A stretch of DNA of 64,000 nt from contig NC_134033.1 in assembly GCF_964204645.1 (NCBI RefSeq), forward strand, positions 2,872,131-2,936,130, in the 5' to 3' direction. This stretch comes from Tubulanus polymorphus (taxonomy: Eukaryota; Animalia; Nemertea). The position numbers were made by a program, and so were the translations under genes. The notes beneath the pieces were generated by a model. The model was not told the DNA's origin. It worked only from the letters and a program-made list of their open reading frames with translations, and did no database searches. Below, piece by piece: positions 52,059 to 64,000 of the stretch (position 1 is its first letter; each line of letters begins with the position of its first letter).

Positions 52059-52657
52059 ATGCAATCAGATTTTGAATCGGAATTCATCTTCATTGGCAAA
52101 TAAGGGTTTTAATGCCCAAAATATGCACCCCAAAAATGGGGTACAAAGTCAAAATTTTTTTTTGGCCCAATTTTAATAAATTTTGGTGCAGACATGTTTT
52201 TTGGGGTGCTGATCACGAATATGAAGTTAGTTTTTGGATCTGAGGCCTCTAAAATGAGATATTCAGGATTTTGTGTTTTGACCCTTATTTTCGTCACAAA
52301 TTTTGATGAAATTTGGTCCAAAAGTACAATTTCATCTATTGAGCCAAGTATTCAATTAATTTTTAAGGCAGAAATTGATACTCTTACTAAAACCCTGAAT
52401 TATAATTCCTGCCACACAATTACAGGCTGCTATAAATAACTCCATTGACAATTCTTATGACACTCAGTAAACACTATGTTTACAGATAAACTGCTCTCTC
52501 ATAATTGTTTTTGAAACATAAAAGAAATTCTACTCACACAAGTCTCTCCTCCCTTGTCTAGCAGTAATAATAGTCCACTGAGTTCCACAATTCCACATAC
52601 AGAGTTCCACACCTTCAGGAGTCAACCACTGATTTTTTACGAGTATCAATCCACTTT

Positions 52658-52903
52658 TAGTCCAGTTAGTCCACATGTAGTTCGGTAAGTTCACATGTAG
52701 TTCGGTAAGTTCACATGTAGTCCAGTTAGTTCACTAGTAGTCCAGTTAGTGCACATATAGTTCACATGTAGTTCGGTAAGTTCACATGTAGTCCAGTTAG
52801 TTCACTAGTAGTCCGGTTAGTGCACATATAGTTCACATGTAGTCCGGTAAGTTCACATATAGTCCGGTTAGTTCACTAGTAGTCCGGTAAGTTCACTAGT
52901 CCG
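52658..52903. repeat. ~20-bp minisatellite (GTAGTCCGGTTAGTTCACAT-like)
   Basis: Direct reading of the tandem units. Confidence 0.9.
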
Positions 52904-53707
52904 GAAGAAGTTGACTGAAGAAGTAAAACTGAAGAATTTCAGACGAAGTCCACATCCAGTATTTGTGATGAAGTTTACCAACGACAGTCCAGAGAGGAAA
53001 ACCTGAAATATGAAATTGAAACAGTCTCTAGAGAAACACATTAACAAACTCAAACTCAAACTCTCAGACATACTAGTAAAGGCTTATGCAAAAGTTTTCA
53101 CAACTTTACTGGATTAACAGATTGTTTTTACGTAACTGATATACTCGGCCACTGTGGGAGTAAGATGGTGAAACTGGTTGAGTCAGCTGGTGATGGTAAC
53201 CTGCTGAACATGTGGAAAAGAGGAGGAATTAACAGGAATTGTAACAACAGCTCATCAAGATTTGTGAAACTATCACCTGCACCATGTCGTGCATGCGGCG
53301 CCGCCTGGCTAGTGAAAGTGGTTATTGACACCGAGTGCCGAGGTCCCTGTGTCTGTGAGGTCCCCCTGTGTGTCCCTGAGGACATGAAATCTTGTGAATT
53401 CTTATTCTTACGTATGTCTTACTTTAAACGGCCAAGTGAAAGTGACCACGGCCACAGCAAGGTTACCGTTGGCGTTAAACACTTGACTCCAGGTCCCTGT
53501 GTGGTGGATGGACGTGTCTGTAAAGTCCCTGTGTCTGTGAGGGCACGAAATCTCATGAATTCTTATCTTTTAAACCAATATCAAAGTTCGTACATTGGGA
53601 ATCATTGTGGCTTTAAAGTCTTTATCAATTGAGAGACTTAGTTTCATTGTAAATAAAGAATTAGAGATTGAATTGAGCGCGCTCCACAATGCACGATTTC
53701 CATGTCG

Positions 53708-54324
53708 ACCGTCTAGTGCTGCCCCTACATATAACGATAGCGGGGAAAACGTGAACTAACTTAATACTCGCTTGCCAGAGTCTTCGGACGGCCGTAGTGG
53801 ACGAACTAATTACCGATTTGCGGGCCGGATTCCGAGGGAATTCTCAAAATCTTACAACTGCTCTGAAACGTTTGAACCAAACAATTATTCTATAAGAGAA
53901 TTAACCTTAAAAGAGTGAATTTGAATCGGGATATTTTTAGTATCGTCTGGCAGAGAGCGACAGGTGTTTGAATGTTCCCTGATTATTTGCGCGCAATTAA
54001 AATATATCGAAGAAAAAATATGGAAATTTTGTCAATTCAGATGATAAATTATCATTCAAAAATATAAATGAATAACTTATTCTGAATATAAATACTAATT
54101 AATTGATAGGAAAGTGAATTTTAGCTATCAAAATTGAATATCGTTACCTAAAAAATAAGAAAATTTCATTAGAAAATTATAAAGTATTCATAGTATCATA
54201 TTTAATCAGAATTAGGCGCCACACTGGTCCGTATTGTACGTAATGGGAAATTCATATTCCGGCGGCGCTATTTTAGTTCACAGAAATTCCGCTGTCGTTA
54301 TTCATAGGGGCAGCACTGTACGGT
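53708..54324. mobile_element. ~620-bp MITE with ~50-bp TIRs
   Basis: ACCGTCTAGTGCTGCCCCTACATATAACGATAGCGG..GTGAACTAA vs reverse complement of the right end ACCGTACAGTGCTGCCCCTATGAATAACGACAGCGG..GTGAACTAA. Confidence 0.8.
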
Positions 54325-55911
54325 TGATATCTAACCCAGCCTCGCAATCTTACTGTGGCATGCAAGTAATACAGATATTATTTTAGCCGAATTTCGTTCA
54401 TTATTAACCACGATTCCGTTTTCTAGGAATAATTCAATTAATTTCTAAGCTTTTTGAAAGGGGATCTTCTTTTTAAAACGATTTTCAAGCCATTTTTGAT
54501 AGAACTCTTCTGTCAACGGAATCTAATTGCATAAAGCGGTAAAGAGGTAGACTCACATGCCACAGACAGAATCTAAAGCAAATTAAATTTTATGCTCCAA
54601 AAAAGTGCATTCATCCAACGCTATCATCAAAGTTGCAGCACGTGAACCATTAAACCTCCTATTAAGGTCGACCCTTCTTGGTCAGGGTTAAAATCAAACT
54701 CTCCCAACCACAAATTGGCGCAAACAACTGGAAAAACTTCAGTTGAACCTCGTTAATACGACAAATCTGTGTAAAGACGAAACCAGTTTGATTCAACAAT
54801 TGCATCCCACAAGATTCATATCAACGAGATTCCACTTAAACTAGAACAGAAAATCAGTTACAACCACCACAAAATTAGTGAATAATCAATTTATTGTGAA
54901 ATTTATTTCTTTAAGTGAAAAATGTGCATCAGAGTTAAATATCAAATAAAAGTCTTGCATAAAGCGAACATGTGATCAACTCCGCAAAGAACTGACTGAA
55001 CTAACCCAGGAATCGAAACCTGAAATCATATTTACAATATCAGATATCAGATTTATGATGCATCAGTATCGCACATGTTGTTTCTGGTGCGCTATGTTAT
55101 TACAGTACAGTAGAGTCTGTTCCTAACTTGAATCAATGTGATACCAGTGATATCCCATTGACTGATGATTCAAGTTCTGTGGTCGAGAATTAAAACCTAG
55201 CAATCTAACTCGGAAATGTCTAAAAACTCCTGGACTTTTGTCGAATTCAGACGGAAATGAAATCATTTTCTGACTTTCTAATGGAATTTTCTGATCCTCC
55301 ACTCAGATTTTTGCTTAGCTAGTATAAATTTTGCAAGTCTCCGCTTCAGTAAGACAAGGTTTACTGTTTTTGAGTTAAAAGCCGACATTTCTTTGTAGAA
55401 ATAAACCAAAAATTTTGAGTAACTGATGCTTTAGGAGTGTTTTAAATCTAGAGAAATTGAGACTTACCTTAAACGGAAAGAATTGATCGTCCATGTTTTC
55501 TAAACCTAAGGAGCCATGTTTATTTCTACCCCACACGTACAGATCATTTATAACATTGTAAACAATGTAACATCATTCTAGATGCTAGGCTAGGGATTGA
55601 TAGAGAGAGGGAGCAGGGCCAGGGAGTTTCACACAGTAACTAGGCTTAAGAATAGAAATCCGATTCCCTTTGTACTAGCATGTCTCCAGCCTCGATTGCC
55701 TACGTACCTATTGATAACTATTAAAATGAGACATCAATTTCTAGCATTTCTTCCAAGTCACAACTCTACTTGGTTCATCTTGGTTTATCTGGGTTCGTCC
55801 TGGTTCATCTTGGTCCATCTGCTCCACTGCATCAATGTCTGTATAATGTTCAAATCAATTCTCTACTGATTGTAGGTAAAGGGGGAATCGTCACCACCAT
55901 AACATCCGTCA

Positions 55912-56437
55912 ATAGTTCCACCATATTGATGACAAACATCCTAAAAATATACATGAAACTTAATAAATTTGAGTTATGTTAGAGTTAAGTCTAGTTACTG
56001 GTGTATCATAGAAATGGCAATCTAAGGTACCCCCCAAAACGAGGGTTAGGGGTCAAATATTTTTTGTCTCCAATTTCGGAGAAATTTAGTATAGACATGT
56101 ATTCTGGGGTGCTGATCACAAATCTGAAAGAATTCTTAGGATCCGAGGCCTCAAAAATGAGAAATTCGAATTCTTAGGGGTACCCCTTAAATTTTAAAAA
56201 GGCCCTGGACCCCAGGGTTTTTGAGATATTTGAAATCTGATTGCAGATTTGGAATCAGCACCCCCGAAAATATTTAGGACTAAAATTTTAAGCAAATCGA
56301 AGAGATTCGATTTTTTGGCCAAAAACGGCAAAAATCTAAGGTGTAAGTCCAGGAGTTTTTTTTCGGCGAAAAATTTTTTTTCTCTGATTCCTTCTAAACT
56401 TGGTAGGAAGATGTATTCCGAGGTGTAGATTCCGGAT
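55912..56437 (+). repeat. Direct repeat B, joined directly to the copy 6 promoter
   Basis: Matches 51461-52058. Junction TCCGGAT|CTACCGCGGTCATCCCCG enters the array promoter inside the TM4-derived fragment. Confidence 0.88.
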
Positions 56438-56992
56438 CTACCGCGGTCATCCCCGTCTTACTTGGTTGCTATTGTTTCTTCAAAACAATCTGTACCAAAC
56501 AAGACCTTACCCGCCACAATCAGATATCCACGCGCTTCACTTAGCTTCAACTCAGTTATTATATTGACTGTAGAGTGTGAATTATCAAAACAGATATTGA
56601 CGAAGTGTTTTACAGAGACGCAGAATATTTTGAGGTAAAGATAGAAAATGTCATCGAATATTATCACAAACTGAACGCAGTTCGGGAGCGACAGTAAATA
56701 TTTTTAGAGAAATAATTGCACATGATTATAAACAAGATATATTGAAACACGTCTAATTTTAGAAACCGCGGTAATTACAGCGAAACCGAGCGCAGGTGAA
56801 AGTAACAGAAATACGAGACTGGCGCCAGTTTGATGGGAGATCTTTTTACAAAATAATTGGACTCGATCAATTCGTCAACTTCTGACATTCTGACAACTCG
56901 TCATTACTTTGCAGCGACTCTTATGAGAAATATCGCGCAAACTTGGAAATAGTTAGAAATGTGTTAGTTTTGAAGCGTGAATTGTGTTCAAT

Positions 56993-59900
56993 ATGCAGCG
57001 AATGAAAGCGTTGTTCGTAGTTTTACTGATCGCTTGCGGAGACTGTATATTTACGCGGGCTGATCGCGCAAACTCTGTCGAGGAAGCCGCGTCTGTTACA
57101 GTCAGTTCATCTTGTAACAACACTCAATACTCCGTCGATTCTACGTCTGGTTACATCGTTTCACCGAACTATCCGTCGTTAGTGCGCGGTGTTGAATGTC
57201 GTTGGTTCGTCAACAGCTCTTTACCGGGAAGTTTTCTCGTTCAAGTTTACTACGACATCGAGCCGTCGATATTCTGTAACGAAAACTACCTTCTCGTCGG
57301 CGAGTCCGACAACAAACTCTGCGCTACCGGAAGAAAACGACTTGATATCCGCAGTAACGGTTTGATTTCGTTGTTGTTTAGGAGTAACGTCGATGGAGCG
57401 CGAGGTAGTCGGGTTTATATTATATATCGTTTTGTAGAACAAAGTCGCTTGAAAATCTTACATACATGTTACAAACATGCAGTAAAAGAATTACCAACTC
57501 AAACAGGTTATGAATTCATGATTTCTATCCGGCGATGTAAATTGTTGTTAGAATGGATCGGGATGCCAGACGGGTTTGCAATGAATTTAACGTTTATACA
57601 GATAGATTTCAGATTAAGACCAGGTGAGGATCCGATGAAAACTCGTCCTCAAATTTACGACGGATGGAACAGCACCAGTGAACCTATAGCTCTTATACGA
57701 GAAAAAACCGGACATCCACCTTCATCGTTTTATACTAAAACTAATAAAGCACGCATAGAATTCATTTCAAGTAGACGGTCGTTTAAGTCACAGTTACTCG
57801 TGCAAGTTTACAAAATATCAGATTGGAACATCTCAAACCCGTTAATTCAAGTCTATAATAAATCAGGACTGCTCACTACAATTGATGGAATACCACATAT
57901 AGTAACTCAGTCTAAACACTTATACTGCTGGTCTATCACAGTCGATGTTCTGCAGCACGTCGTCTTCAACTGGACACGTGATCTCGTCTCGTCACCAGGT
58001 GTCGTTGGTGTATATAAACAGGAAGGGTTACTTATTGTGAGAACTGATATTTTACTCAGTTTTAACCATCTTAAATCTCTGAGTGTAAAATCAGACGGAT
58101 TTCTCGTGATTCTGTGCGTTTTAACGACATCGGATTTTTCAAGTATGAATTTGAAAATAGAATTCGAAGTGAAATCAATGACAATATTAGACTTTTACGT
58201 CAACAAGCCACAGATACGGGTAAGTTTATTACAGTGATTTGTAAATTAGGTTCGTGTTATAGAATCATTGTAATTATCTATGATTTTGATGGCGATTTTG
58301 ACCAGTGAAACTTTACCGAGAAACTTTGAATAACAACGTTATGTGTGACCCAAATTTCAATATATTCGGACGCACTTGTTGTTTACGCAGAGTAATTATG
58401 ATGATTTGTGGAGGAATTTAAGTTAAGTTTCGATAGCTACATTTTGAACTATTATCAATATATCGAGGTCGTACAGATTTTGAAATTGTTGTATTGTAAA
58501 CGTTCAATGCTGTAATCAATTCTCTTATATTTCAGCATTTATCCAGAAAATCAATACCAGCTAATCGATTGTTCCCGAGTTCAAAGAATACATTGTATCG
58601 TGTAACTACATTACAACTAAACTGGAAAGTGAACATCTATGAAGAACGGTTGAAACTAACAGTGTTATCAGAAAACTGTGATCGAGCTGGTTTTTATATA
58701 TTTGATGGTAGTAATTTCACAGCTAGACGCTATGGTCCGTATTGTCCTGGTTCATACTACGGTCGATCTGTCGTCAGCCTGATTACATCAGGTGGACCGG
58801 TTACTGTAGTAGCATACGCTTATCATCAGTTAACAGTTGATCGTTCTGACCAGTCATATCTTATATTTGCTCCTACTGATTGTGATGGTTATGTTCTACA
58901 GGAAGAAGAACGTCAGATCAATATGACGTCACACTGTCTCGTGATTACACCTGAAAATCGACGCCTTCGCTTGAAAAATATTCACATATTATCAGAACAC
59001 GAATATCAAATTGACCGATGTTTTCTCAAGATGTCATTGTCATGTGACCAGTTTCTGAGTTTGAGTAATCAGTTTCTTAATAACAGTCTTGTATTAAACA
59101 CTGTAGATTTCACAGTTTATGCGGTTGGATTTTGGCAGCGACCACTTATAGTTAAACTACGTCGTAAATGTCTAGGAGTGAAAAAATCAGATAGTTTTGG
59201 ATTTGCCGGTTCTCGTCTTCCAGTTACTACTAAAGATAAATGTGGACTCGTGCAGTCACCGAACTACCCGGGTTCGGCAGGAAGTACATCAAAATCTATT
59301 TCCTATAAATTTGAAAACCCAATACAACAAAATATATTTCAATATTACAGATTTATTGTCAAATCTATTGGATCAGTTTCATGCGAAACAAATAACGATA
59401 GAGCGAATGCTCCGATTATTCTAATACAACTAATGAATTATATAACTTTTCATAATGGTGGATATTTCAAAACTATTAAATCTCAACATGAAACTAAAAT
59501 ATGTGAAAATAACGCGGTTCGTGGACTTATATTTCACAGTATGAAAGATAACACTTTGCGTTTTGAAGTAAACAATTTAATTCCGACATTTCAATTGCAA
59601 TACAATTTACACGAGTCGTTACCGATTAAACATTTCGATGATTTCTACTGTAAACAAGGATTTCTGGATTCGGGAATTTCCTGCATCAAATTCATCCGAG
59701 ATGAACGTCTGAATTGGGAGAACGCTGAAATATACTGTAGACAGAAGTACGCGGGACATCTACTCAGTATCAACTCAGAACAGGAAATGATTTCAATCAA
59801 AAGATTATTCGCTACAGAACTTCTCCGAATGGCGTACACATTAAAAGCGCTCATAATGACGATTGGATTAAAATGGAAGGTAAGACTAATGTATTCAAAT

Positions 59901-62900
59901 ATTAGAAAGATTTTTAAAGAAGTGATATATTTCATTTTCTTCACGAAACAGAATGATGGTTATTACACGTGGACTGACGGTAAACCATTGAGCTACACAG
60001 AGTGGTATAAACCTGTTATTAATGAAACGATACCAGAAGTTATTCGAGGATTGATATCTCCTCTACGAAAACAACCGATAAATGACGTCAATATGCCGTG
60101 TACGGCTATGATACTGAATAATCCACGAGGATCAGCGAACTGGGTTCGATTCCCGTGTCAAATCGAGGAGACGCACACGACATTCATTTGTGAATCTGAG
60201 AGAATCGACATCAAAAACAAACACAATTCAACGATAAACGATGCGAACAATTCAACAAATACAGACTTAAATAAAACTATTGATCAAACGATTCCCAACG
60301 TCACTTTAATTAATTCAACCTGTCCAAGAGGTTGGGTAACTATTTCCGGACAATGTTATCAAATACTAACCGACTGGAAAAACAATCGAGGTTTGAATAT
60401 TCGGAGTGCTAGAGAAATGTGTCACAGCATCCACGCCGAAATAGCAAAAATCACCTCAAATACAGAAAGTGACACGAAAAACTTGGTCAGCGAATTTCAA
60501 TATCGACATCAATATGGCGCTATACTGACGATGGACCGAGACGGGTTCAAAGTTATCAAACCACTGGTGACCAGAAATGAAATTACTTATATTCAATCAG
60601 TGAAATGGTCAGTGACTGCCTTCAATGATACAAAAGATAAAGTGCATTCCGTGATGTGTACCTATAATGTAACTGCTGAAGAGTTAGCTTCTATAAGCGG
60701 TTGTAAATCGTGGCAGTTTGAATGTAACGATCAAAGATGTATCAGCGACCATCGCGTATGTGATACCAGACACGACTGTCAACACGGTGAAGATGAACTC
60801 GATTGTACGGATATCAATTTACACAGTCAGTTCCGCTGTAACGATGGACAGTTTATATCGATTAGCGGTTTCTGCGACTTTATGAGAGATTGCGTCGATG
60901 GCTCGGATGAGAACTCTTGCTATCATCCACCGTGTTTATCTACGCAATATCGCTGTTCCAATCAGCAATGCATCGATAGTTATAAACGATGTGACGGAAT
61001 AGCCAACTGTAAAGACGGTTCCGATGAGATCGGATGCACTGCCGAAAATTGCCAGGGGTTCTCGTGCGCGGACGGTGAATGTATTAGTTTTCAGTTGTAT
61101 CGGGATGGTGTCGTGGATTGTAGCGGAAGTCTCGAAGAAGACGAATTGGTCACTAATATGACAGTGAATCCCGAGGTTTACTGTAATAATGACAATCACT
61201 GTTCGACTCGTTTCACGGATCTGTGTAAGGAATCGGATGAACAAAGATGTTCGTTCAATTCTCCTCGCTGTTATTCCCGACACGAAAGGTGTATTTTAGA
61301 AAGGATGGCGATTGGTTTCCCGGTATGTAGAAATCTTGAACATATATCCGTGTGTAATGACTTCGAATGCGCGGCTGGTACTGTAAAATGTCCGGCATCT
61401 TACTGTATACCGATCAGACACGTTTGTGACGGTCGATCCGATTGTCCTAATTCAGAAGATGAACGAAACTGCAAGACTTGGTCGTGTCCGGGAATGTTTA
61501 AATGTGGCCAGGAAAATCGATGTATTCCGCAATCTGAAGTTTGCGACGGAGTCGTAAATTGTAAACATAACTCGGATGACGAGTCATACTGTAAGGTCAC
61601 GTGTCCTGAACGTTGTAATTGCCGGGGTCATTTCATCGATTGTGAAAATGCTCTTTTATCAGATATTACCGGCCGTTTTATAGAATCAACTCGGGTTTTG
61701 ATTTTGTCGAATAACCGAGTCGTATTTAACGAGTCGACGTTCAACTCTTTCATTTATCTTCGTTTTCTCGATATTTCGGGCAATAATTTGTCTAACATCG
61801 TTCCAAACGCGTTTTCTAATCTAAACAATCTACACACATTAGACCTTACTCACAACCGTATAACATCATTATCTGCTAATACATTCGCAGGTTTGATCGG
61901 TTTAAAAGAACTATTTCTTATCGGAAATCCGCTGCAACATTTAGAAGACGGTAGTTTCCGAGGTCTGACGTCACTTACTGTTCTCGATCTTCACGGACTT
62001 TCTATATCGGTTCTCGGTGAAAATGTATTTAAAGGTTTATCCGCATTACAGTCGTTAAATATCAGCAGTAACAGAATACATTATATTTCCAGCTATGTTT
62101 TTTACGGATTGGTTGGACTTGAAATTCTAGATCTCGTCAACAATTCCGAAGTAATATCCGTACAAAGAAACGTTCTGGGCGATCTTACATCATTGAAATA
62201 CCTCGCTTCGGATGCTTACAAATTTTGCTGCATGGCACCGAATGTTGACCGATGTCTTCCCGAAGCTGATCAATTTTCCACCTGTTCTGACCTGATGGGT
62301 AACACTGTACTGAGGGCCATCATCTGGATGATCGCATCTTTCAGTTTTCTCGCTAACAGTATCGTTATTGTATTTCGCATTCAAGCTTTGCGGATGGAAT
62401 CCACCGGAACACGTAACACATCTTCAGATATCCTCATCATAAACATTGCCGGTTGTGATTTTCTGATGTCGGTCTATTTGTTTTTGATCGCAGGAGCTGA
62501 CCACGCATTCAAAGGCGTTTATTATCTGAATTCTGAAACCTGGACGGATAGCTCATTATGTCGTCTCGCCGGGGTTATTGTCACCGTGTCGTGCGAAGGT
62601 TCCTTAACTTTCCTCTTAATTCTAACGCGTCAGAGATATTCGAATATCGTCAACCCGTTTTCCAGAAGTCCGATTATAACTCCGAAATACGTTACCGGTA
62701 TTTGTTGCATCTGTTGGCTCGTTATAAGCACAGTTTCTATTCTACCGCTGTCATCGTCGTCTTACTTCGGAGACAATTTTTACGGTACAACCGGAGTTTG
62801 TTTGCCTATGAATTTACTGACGATCGACGTCAATGGCTGGCACTATTCATTCGCTATTTTTGCCGTGTTTAATCCGGCCATATTGGCTACGATAATGACG

Positions 62901-63206
62901 ACGTACGCTCAGATGTATAGACTCGTATCTGGGAGTAGGTCGGGTTCGGGTAGAGCCGATCCTACCGAACTGGTTTTAGCACGAAGGAGTTTAGTAATCA
63001 ATCTTTGTAATCTATTTTGCTGGCTACCGATAATAATCGTCCAGTTTTGCGCCGTATTTTCGGTCGAGATACCGAACCAGGTGGCCGCTTGGCTGGCCGT
63101 TCTATTTTTACCGATCAACTCGTCTCTGAATCCGCTTCTTTATACAATACTGACGATCGATATGAAATCAATTAGAACGAGATATAAACGTCAACAAAAG
63201 AAGTAG
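56993..63206 (+). CDS. Copy 6, intact GRL101-like GPCR, ~1941 aa, distinct C-terminus (KSIRTRYKRQQKK)
   Basis: Exons 56993-58219, 58536-59879, 59952-63206. Intron 2 is 72 nt, in frame and stop-free, so the ORF track reads through it. The 3' flank is unrelated to the other copies. Confidence 0.92.
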
Positions 63207-64000
63207 ATTAAGAACACTTCAATAGCAATAAAGGAGCTTTTAAACGAATCGTTTTAGCGTTCATGGTCGCGCACCAAACTCTAGTAATGAATCTAAAGAA
63301 CAAAGAACAGATATTAACGATGACCTTTGGGCCCGTGGTCCATTCAGTTTTTATATCACTACTTTATCTACACAATTCATATAAATTAATGTTTTTTTCG
63401 TAGCTATTAAATTCATTGTAGATTGTTTGTTGAATGCAATAGTATTTACTTCAGGATGTGGATTTAAGGGGCTCGGTGAGCCCTTTACTGTCCAGTGTAA
63501 TTGAAATAGACGATTACATAGATGACGACGTATTAATCTATGAATGTATTCACTGATGTAGTGTGAGCGTGTGTGTAAGAGTGATTGGTTTGATTTTTCT
63601 TTTAGGGCAGCACGGCTCCGATAGATCTTTGTGATCTCTTCGTGTAGCCCACATTTTCTTGTTACATTTTGTCACTGTATATCATGCGATATCAATAATG
63701 TAATAATGCAACGACCTAATGAAAAATAAACACTATACTACTTTACTAAATGTGCCACCGGATGAAAGTATTTTTCAGCCACCACCGAATCGTATGGTGA
63801 CCGATTCGGGTTAACGAAATTGCCAAGTAAAATAGAGTGCAATATACCTCATGCAAAATATCATAAGCATTGAATATCATGATTGAAATATGCAATTAGA
63901 ATTTTCAATAGAATACGAAGTCAAGTTTACCGCTAAAAAGACTATATATATTCACTATTTTATCTACTTGCTCTTTCCTGGCATGATTAAATCCTTGAAA

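Noticed and set aside
53165-53632. 155-aa ORF
   Set aside because: Contains an internal duplicated nucleotide motif (AGGTCCCTGTGT), with no recognisable domain or splice support.

Overview
Eukaryotic (invertebrate-type, AT-rich, CpG not obviously depleted) genomic DNA. Most of the window is a head-to-tail, + strand tandem array of six near-identical paralogues of a ~1,945-aa GRL101-like (type C LGR) GPCR. The architecture is signal peptide, several CUB/CUB-like domains, two C-type lectin-like domains, ~6-7 LDLa repeats, LRRNT plus ~7-8 LRRs, and a rhodopsin-class 7TM, encoded in only three exons with two phase-0 introns. Copies 3, 4 and 6 look intact. Copy 1 has a 2-nt frameshift, copy 2 has a nonsense codon just before the LDLa block, and copy 5 is frameshifted and truncated. 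Differences between paralogues cluster in short, indel-rich patches in the CUB region, while LDLa/LRR/7TM are almost invariant. Every promoter carries a piece of the gene's own TM3-TM4 coding sequence. The 17-kb gap between copies 5 and 6 is rich in MITEs, SINE heads and minisatellites. It also holds three phase-compatible exons (40612-42076), only partly caught by the ORF track, which splice into the C-terminal part of an expansin-like protein (end of DPBB plus CBM63). All domain calls are by motif recognition only; no searches were run.
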